From a virus, in IMG/VR virus record IMGVR_UViG_3300045988_182864: a stretch of DNA of 36,620 bases; one strand, 5' to 3'. This document shows, piece after piece, positions 31,559 through 36,620 of the stretch. Each line of letters opens with the position of its first letter. Positions within the stretch are counted from its first letter, which is position 1. The position numbers and the translations under genes were made by a program. Below the pieces are notes generated by a model that was not told the origin of the DNA, did no database searches, and worked only from the letters and a program-made list of their open reading frames with translations.

Positions 31559-31714
31559 AATTCATCCTCCGTTTTCAATATTTGTACCAATTTTCTTGGC
31601 AATGATTTCAGCCATGCGTTTCGCATTGTTTTCATCGGTCACAGACCAAACCTCAAAAAATTGGTTACCGTAGTAGTTTCTATCCTCTTCCTGACTGCTG
31701 CCACACTGGTGGAA

Positions 31715-31900
31715 CTAGCTAAAACCCTTGTCGCGGATTTGCATTTCGTCGTACATAGCACGGACAAACGCAGTGGCATCTACCTCCCGGTGCTGCGTGT
31801 AAGCACGAAGCCTATCCCTTGCAAGGGTGATTTCGATTGTTTTGTTCTTGGTGGTCGTTTCGGCCAGAAAATAGGTCTTGTCATTGCAAATTTCAAACAT
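31715..31900 (-). CDS. short ORF of 61 aa sharing its first 24 codons with 29523..30269. It ends at a TAG that is followed in frame by 50 more sense codons (to 31562)
   Basis: Start MFEICNDKTYF with RBS aaaaaggagcgtaatgac. The in-frame continuation FHQCGSSQEEDRNYYGNQFFEVWSVTDENNAKRMAEIIAKKIGTNIENGG ends 3 nt before the next ATG. Confidence 0.5.
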   Translation of the reverse strand: MFEICNDKTYFLAETTTKNKTIEITLARDRLRAYTQHREVDATAFVRAMYDEMQIRDKGFS

Positions 31901-31930
31901 GTCATTACGCTCCTTTTTCGTATTGGACGC

Positions 31931-32069
31931 AAAAAGAGCGGGCTTCTCAGAATTGAGAAGTCCGCTCTTCAAGCGAAATTGTGAATGTACGAAAGGCACA
32001 AAACCCTTTCGATATGGAATGTTATCTATCGTACAATACCTATTCTATGCCGTTCGCATTTTTTGGCAA
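31931..32069 (-). promoter_or_regulatory. Cassette G: promoter TTGCCA-16-TAGAAT, conserved leader and terminator
   Basis: -35 at 32064-32069, -10 at 32042-32047. Box1 32015-32035, box2 31978-31990. Terminator gagcggacttctca-attc-tgagaagcccgctc followed by ttttt. Confidence 0.7.
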
Positions 32070-32070
32070 G

Positions 32071-32103
32071 AAAAAAGTCGCTGCCCCCAGCATAGGCAGC
32101 GAC
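32071..32103 (-). terminator. Rho-independent terminator after gene 32115..33131
   Basis: gtcgctgcc-tatgctggg-ggcagcgac followed by tttttt. Confidence 0.8.
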
Positions 32104-32114
32104 AAAATTATATG

Positions 32115-33131
32115 TTATTGATTGAGAGCCTTTTCGGCGTTTTCTTTGACGGTAGCACGGATATCGTCAGATACCTGCAGCACATCCAATGCTGCATCAA
32201 GCGTCAGAGTGCCGGAGCGAACAAGGTTTGCAACGCTCGCGGAAAGAGATTCAACATACCCTTCCGCACGACCTTTTACAATTCCCTGTTGTTCCACAAA
32301 GTCACTGTAATTACACATTTGATTGAGTCCCTCCCTAACGTCGGTTGTAACCTGCAAACCACATTCAGTGGCGAGTTGCAGCTTTTTCTCTACCGGCATA
32401 TTGTTATCGAATACCGAAGAAAAGAAACGTACCATGTTATTCGCGGATTGTTTGTCCTGCAAACACGCGATGATGATGCAGAAGTTGTCATATTGCTTTT
32501 TGGGGAAGTGACATTCTTTGGCTAAGCAGGTTTCGCTCATGGAATATGTATTACATACTCCGCGAACTTTTTCATCTGGCGCAATGCACAACCAAATACT
32601 GTATACTTTTTGTAGTTTATTGTAGTCCGAATTACGAAAGACAGTTTCTTTTTGTGCAGAAATCATTCTGCCGCAATAAAAGCTACCGCGCTTCAGCATT
32701 GAGTATCCGGGATTGAAGTGATTCTGAGCTTCAATATCTACAATGACACGGCTTGGAGGTGATTTACCACCCGGCATACCGATGTCGAACAGAACATCAT
32801 AGTATATTGTTCCCTCGTTTGTGCTTTTTGACTCGACATTCTTTTCGTTCAGTTTATCCGGCAAGTCATCAACAATGTGACATCCAATTTCAACCGGCGA
32901 AGTATTGTTTGCTTGAATTTCAGCCAATTCCTCCGGCGTCATTTGGCTTTTTGCTTTCTTGTAAATGATATATTCCTGAATTTCTTCAAGGGACATATCG
33001 CGGAATTCAGGGATGCAGTTCTTTACGATAAAAGCTGCAACAGCAGTACAACCAAGCAAAGCCTTGCATCCGGCATCCAAATAAGATTTTTCGTTGTTGA
33101 TGGCATGTCCGACGGTATTAAGACCTTCCAA
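32115..33131 (-). CDS. Rpn-family / PDDEXK_2-type recombination-promoting nuclease-like protein, 338 aa (TTG start)
   Basis: YYDVLFDIG...RVIVDIEAQNHFNPGYSMLKRGSFYCGRMIS resembles the D...ExQ core of this family. The C-terminal EQQGIVKGRAEGYVES motif is typical of Rpn-like proteins. RBS aaaggaggtaagagaca. Confidence 0.55.
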   Translation of the reverse strand: MEGLNTVGHAINNEKSYLDAGCKALLGCTAVAAFIVKNCIPEFRDMSLEEIQEYIIYKKAKSQMTPEELAEIQANNTSPVEIGCHIVDDLPDKLNEKNVESKSTNEGTIYYDVLFDIGMPGGKSPPSRVIVDIEAQNHFNPGYSMLKRGSFYCGRMISAQKETVFRNSDYNKLQKVYSIWLCIAPDEKVRGVCNTYSMSETCLAKECHFPKKQYDNFCIIIACLQDKQSANNMVRFFSSVFDNNMPVEKKLQLATECGLQVTTDVREGLNQMCNYSDFVEQQGIVKGRAEGYVESLSASVANLVRSGTLTLDAALDVLQVSDDIRATVKENAEKALNQ

Positions 33132-33209
33132 TGTCTCTTACCTCCTTTATTATACCATGTTCGCAAGAAAAATGCACTACTATGTTGGATAGAAAGTGCT
33201 TTTGTACGC

Positions 33210-33349
33210 AAAAAAAGAGTGGGCCTTCCCTTTTTGGGAAAGTCCACTCTGATTGCGGATTGTAAATGATACGAAAGGCGGAATGCCTTTGTCGATTGCT
33301 GGTATCTATCGTACAATATCAATTCTATGCTGTTCGCACATTTTGGCAA
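33210..33349 (-). promoter_or_regulatory. Cassette H: promoter TTGCCA-16-TAGAAT, conserved leader (variant boxes) and strong terminator
   Basis: -35 at 33344-33349, -10 at 33322-33327. Box1 TGTACGATAGATACCAGCA at 33299-33320, box2 GTATCATTTACAAT at 33259-33272. Terminator agagtggactttccc-aaaaa-gggaaggcccactct followed by T7. Confidence 0.7.
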
Positions 33350-33407
33350 CAGAACAGCGAGAAAATACAGGAAACAGTCGTTACTCCCGGCAACCATCGC
33401 TGCGGAT

Positions 33408-34442
33408 TTATGCTTCAAACCTTTGTACAAGCATCATAGGGACGAGGTTTTCGCGCACAAGGAAACCGCAATCTTTGACATAGCGGTTTACTTTTTTACG
33501 TTCACCCTCGCAAATATCGCAGATGTTTACGAAGATTTCTTTTGTTTTCGGCTCATAGTAGAGAAAGTTGTCAATGGGAATCTTAATCTGCATATTTCCG
33601 GCGCTTTTGTTGCACAGCGTTACATCGACAATGTTCTTTTTGCAAATAGTTCCCTTATGGGAATTCAGAAGATGTCTCGCTGCTTTCTGGGATTCGTTTT
33701 TGGTCGGAACGAACATGTTGGTCATCTTACTTGCAAGCCTCGCTGCCGCAACCTTTTTGGGAATATATGCACCGGTTGGCGTTTCCTTTGATGTCGTTTT
33801 AAAGTTCCTTCTGCTGAGACTTGTCAACAAAGAAGTTGTGAATCCTTCAGGGTCACAAGCATAGTTGAGACCCAACTCGTAGCAGCCAAGTACACTGACT
33901 GGATATAAAGTTTGCAAGGCGTTCTCGATACAGCCGAAATACACCGGCTTCTCACGCTTAGAGAGCATATCCAAAATCGCGTACTGTTTTGCCAGATTCT
34001 TAACGGCCTCGCTCTTTTCTACGCCAGCGTCAACTGCGTATTCCTTCAAAACCTTTCTGGTAAACGCATCCCAAAATTCAGACACAAAATCAGCATCATC
34101 GAACTTCTGCCGACTTTGAGTGCAAATTCTCCAAAGCGGCTCCATAAGCCAAAGACGAGACGAATCAATGACAACCCCGACCTTTTCAAATTTGGTATCT
34201 TTCCCAAACTCCTCTATCGGACGGTTGCTGTCACCTTCAAACGTTTTGTATGGGATAGCTTGCATGTATACTTCGGACGCTTTATCTCTAACGGGAACCT
34301 TCAGCAATCGGACATATACACTCCTATCCGTTTCTGTTGGAAAACCGTAGCTTTGAGGGATAAGTCCCTCGAGATAGGTCTCACTTGAATTGTGCATATA
34401 GTCAAGAATCGTATCAGCATCCAAATATCTTATAGCATCCAT
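33408..34442 (-). CDS. hypothetical protein, 344 aa (paralog of 30485..31558; start MDAIRYL)
   Basis: RBS gaaaaaggagtctgtcct-ATG after the stop of the upstream gene at 34459. Confidence 0.7.
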   Translation of the reverse strand: MDAIRYLDADTILDYMHNSSETYLEGLIPQSYGFPTETDRSVYVRLLKVPVRDKASEVYMQAIPYKTFEGDSNRPIEEFGKDTKFEKVGVVIDSSRLWLMEPLWRICTQSRQKFDDADFVSEFWDAFTRKVLKEYAVDAGVEKSEAVKNLAKQYAILDMLSKREKPVYFGCIENALQTLYPVSVLGCYELGLNYACDPEGFTTSLLTSLSRRNFKTTSKETPTGAYIPKKVAAARLASKMTNMFVPTKNESQKAARHLLNSHKGTICKKNIVDVTLCNKSAGNMQIKIPIDNFLYYEPKTKEIFVNICDICEGERKKVNRYVKDCGFLVRENLVPMMLVQRFEA

Positions 34443-34458
34443 AGGACAGACTCCTTTT

Positions 34459-35871
34459 TCAGCTGTTCGTAGCCATAGGCAACCACTGCTGCGGGTAGGC
34501 ACGAAGTTTCTCCCTAGGCACGCAATCGTTCAGAGCGGAGTTTTCAGCGAGCGCCATGTCGATGATGTAATAATCATCACCATTGCGCATCACATCCACG
34601 CTCCACTGCCCTACCAGTTCGACAGCGGGAAGAATCTTCTTGATTTCCTCCAGAATCATCCGAGCACTGTCATCGTATCGAGACTGCAGGATATCCTCGT
34701 GCATCTGATAGATGACATAGTCGTGGCGTTCCTGCGGAGTGCTTGCGTTCTTGAACTTACCCTTCATTACATCGGCTCGCCAATAAGGGCTGATACCCAG
34801 CACCTCATCAGCGTCAAAATCGACGAATACGCGGTACTCAGTATGCAGCGGCAAACCGTTGTAGATGGTCGGGTTGTGTTCCTTGTCCTTGATATATTTC
34901 CTGAGCACCCACTCGTTCGTTGTATTAGCACCATAGAAGCAGGTATTGTTCAACGGCGAAGCCATAGAACATGTCAGATGATTCAGGAACAGGAAATACT
35001 CGCCCATCTCATTGATTTCCTTCGGGTCATGGATATGAGCGTTACGAAACTCATACTTGGAAGAATAAGTTCCGGTCTTGATGAAGTAATCCTCGTGCTC
35101 ATCCAGCTTGAATATCCGCTTGCAATAACGGTTCACGATTTCCTTGGTCACAGGATTCAGGGTTTCAAAGCCAAGGCGAGTGAGCTGCAGCATCGGCAGC
35201 GGAACACGCAAAATCTTGGTATCAGGAATCCTGAAGAATTTGTTCCCGTACAACGCTTTTGCCAGCGGCGGAAGCCAGAATCCCATCGTGTTGGGATTCA
35301 TTTCGAGCATCTGGTAGGTAAAGTCGTCGAGGTCAAGAATATCAAGACCCTGACGGAACTGGTTGTAGTAGAACTTCTTCATGCGGTCATCGCGTGCATC
35401 CTTGTACTCGGCGTAATTCTGAAGCAGAATCTTATACGATGGCTCCGAGATATCGACCTTCGCAAGATTTCCTGTCAGCTGAGGTCTGAGTTCTTCCGGG
35501 TATTTTTTCAGGTCATCGTTCGTTACCGTCACAGTGTATCGAGATGCCGCATAGTTCACATAGTATCCGCCGCGTTTTTCATTGTAGATGTACAGGCGAG
35601 TACCATCTGTTAACTCACCTACGATACGGTCAATGAGCGCTTCGAGGTCCCGCGTAAACGGCACCCTCTTGTCGAGCATAGCCTTGACAGTAGCGGTATC
35701 CCACTGTAAGAGGTTCTCGGATAATGCCCCGCTGTCCAGCACCTGTTTCTTATAGGCGTCCTCGAATGTTTTGAGGGCATCAGGGCTGGTTTTCAGCATT
35801 GCAGCAAGTTCTTCGTAGGAAAACGATTTATCTTCCCTTTTGGTCATCATTTTACCGATTTTGGCAATCAT
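34459..35871 (-). CDS. hypothetical protein, about 470 aa; weak ATP-grasp-like C-terminal features (start uncertain: 35871 or 35928)
   Basis: Long ORF. The stretch WSVDVMRNGDDYYIIDMALAENSA resembles the Mg-binding end of ATP-grasp folds, but I cannot verify this by eye. Confidence 0.6.
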   Translation of the reverse strand: MIAKIGKMMTKREDKSFSYEELAAMLKTSPDALKTFEDAYKKQVLDSGALSENLLQWDTATVKAMLDKRVPFTRDLEALIDRIVGELTDGTRLYIYNEKRGGYYVNYAASRYTVTVTNDDLKKYPEELRPQLTGNLAKVDISEPSYKILLQNYAEYKDARDDRMKKFYYNQFRQGLDILDLDDFTYQMLEMNPNTMGFWLPPLAKALYGNKFFRIPDTKILRVPLPMLQLTRLGFETLNPVTKEIVNRYCKRIFKLDEHEDYFIKTGTYSSKYEFRNAHIHDPKEINEMGEYFLFLNHLTCSMASPLNNTCFYGANTTNEWVLRKYIKDKEHNPTIYNGLPLHTEYRVFVDFDADEVLGISPYWRADVMKGKFKNASTPQERHDYVIYQMHEDILQSRYDDSARMILEEIKKILPAVELVGQWSVDVMRNGDDYYIIDMALAENSALNDCVPREKLRAYPQQWLPMATNS

Positions 35872-35897
35872 ATTTTCGATTTCCTCCTTTTTGGGAA

Positions 35898-36620
35898 TCA
35901 GGTGTTTGCAAAATCCGGATTCTTCCAAATCAACTTATTCCCGTAATAGACTTCGGGAATGTACTTGATGGGAATTCTGCGATTGTCTTCGAGTTGCGAA
36001 TCGTTGTTCGCGATAAACTCCTCGATGCGATTTTCTTCACTGCGCGGGGTGATGTTACAAGTCGAGAAACCTCCACCGTACAGGATATCACTGTTCATCA
36101 TACCTTTGACCGGATACTTTACTTCGGTCGTTTTACCGTTGATGTTCAGGACAAGGCGAACGGTTTTGTATTGCTTAGCAAGTTCCACAAGAAGCCTGAA
36201 CATGATTTCCTGAGTGTTCGGACTATTGTACTTTCTCATATACTCTTCCGTCAACTCTTCCACCACAGCCAATGTAATCCCGTATAGGCTTCCATGCCGC
36301 CCGGAATTTGCCTTTTTGATTTTCTCCATCGTCCGTTCAGCCCAGCCAGTGGGATTAGCAAGATAATCCACTACCAGTTCATCGGCATTTGTGGATGTCA
36401 GGCCAAAGCAAGACCCTTTTCCAATCTCATCGACGATGCTGTCAATAGGGCTGCGATAATTCTTATACCCCTTTATTATGCGACAGAAAGCGTTCTGTCG
36501 TGCTATCTTGTCGTAATGACTGCCCTTGAGAATTTTCTTCTTGTCTTCTTCCGTCACATTCTCTCGGAACATATCGAACAGCTTCTGTGCCATTTCCTCT
36601 ATGACAGAATCCGAGGTAAA
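35898..36620 (-). CDS. C-terminal part of the junction-spanning hypothetical gene (see 1..371)
   Basis: ORF 35898..36593 in the track. The frame stays open to the window end and continues at 1..371. Confidence 0.7.
   Translation of the reverse strand, partial: FTSDSVIEEMAQKLFDMFRENVTEEDKKKILKGSHYDKIARQNAFCRIIKGYKNYRSPIDSIVDEIGKGSCFGLTSTNADELVVDYLANPTGWAERTMEKIKKANSGRHGSLYGITLAVVEELTEEYMRKYNSPNTQEIMFRLLVELAKQYKTVRLVLNINGKTTEVKYPVKGMMNSDILYGGGFSTCNITPRSEENRIEEFIANNDSQLEDNRRIPIKYIPEVYYGNKLIWKNPDFANT
36553..36620. repeat. Terminal direct repeat, copy 2 (identical to 1-68)
   Basis: Same 68 nt as the window start. Confidence 0.95.

Larger units (their letters stand above)
31824..32103. repeat. 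about 280-bp direct repeat, copy 2 (pairs with 30193-30469)
   Basis: See copy 1. A few substitutions and 1-3 nt indels. Confidence 0.9.

Noticed and set aside
33149-33176. TGgTATAAT with a TGCGAA spacer element immediately upstream of the Rpn-like gene (a tenth family promoter)
   Set aside because: The -10 ends only 3 nt before the AGGAGG RBS, so a transcript started here would lack the Shine-Dalgarno sequence. It may be a relic or a binding site, so I did not call it a functional promoter.

Overview
The window is a closed 36,552-bp replicon. Bases 1-68 are identical to 36553-36620, and one minus-strand ORF reads straight across that join. Every credible gene and RNA lies on the minus strand, and the gene content looks like a phage or plasmid-like mobile element of a Firmicutes-type host. 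That host assignment rests on AGGAGG-type RBSs, TTG/GTG starts and sigma70-like promoters. I see about 40 tightly packed CDSs, most of them hypothetical. The ones I can name by motif are:
- an IscB (OMEGA) RNA-guided nuclease with an upstream structured RNA
- a PP-loop/PAPS-reductase-family protein
- a dCMP deaminase
- an HD-domain (p)ppGpp-hydrolase-like protein
- an ASCH protein
- a classic AAA+ ATPase
- three adjacent proteins built from about 12 repeated HTH modules
- a zinc-ribbon repeat protein
- two PD-(D/E)xK-type nucleases, one of them Rpn-like
- a membrane-anchored lysozyme-like protein
- a 985-aa lipoprotein with about 20 Cys-containing repeats

There are 14 tRNAs plus one tRNA-like element. 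Six tRNAs sit at 9.37-9.97 kb, one at 15.6 kb, and the rest in a ~3-kb, almost ORF-free RNA island at 20.0-23.0 kb.

Most notable points:
1. A cassette of promoter, conserved ~100-nt leader and intrinsic terminator is repeated six times in front of separate gene blocks.
2. A 10-member promoter family shares an invariant TGCGAA element in its spacer.
3. The IscB gene has a HEARO/omegaRNA-like leader.
4. A ~700-nt hairpin-dense non-coding stretch and a 4-copy conserved hairpin motif lie between the tRNAs.
5. Several tRNAs are non-canonical: three have C33, and one Leu-like tRNA lacks the long variable arm.

I could not recognise capsid, portal, terminase, tail or replication-initiator genes by eye, so the nature of the element remains open.
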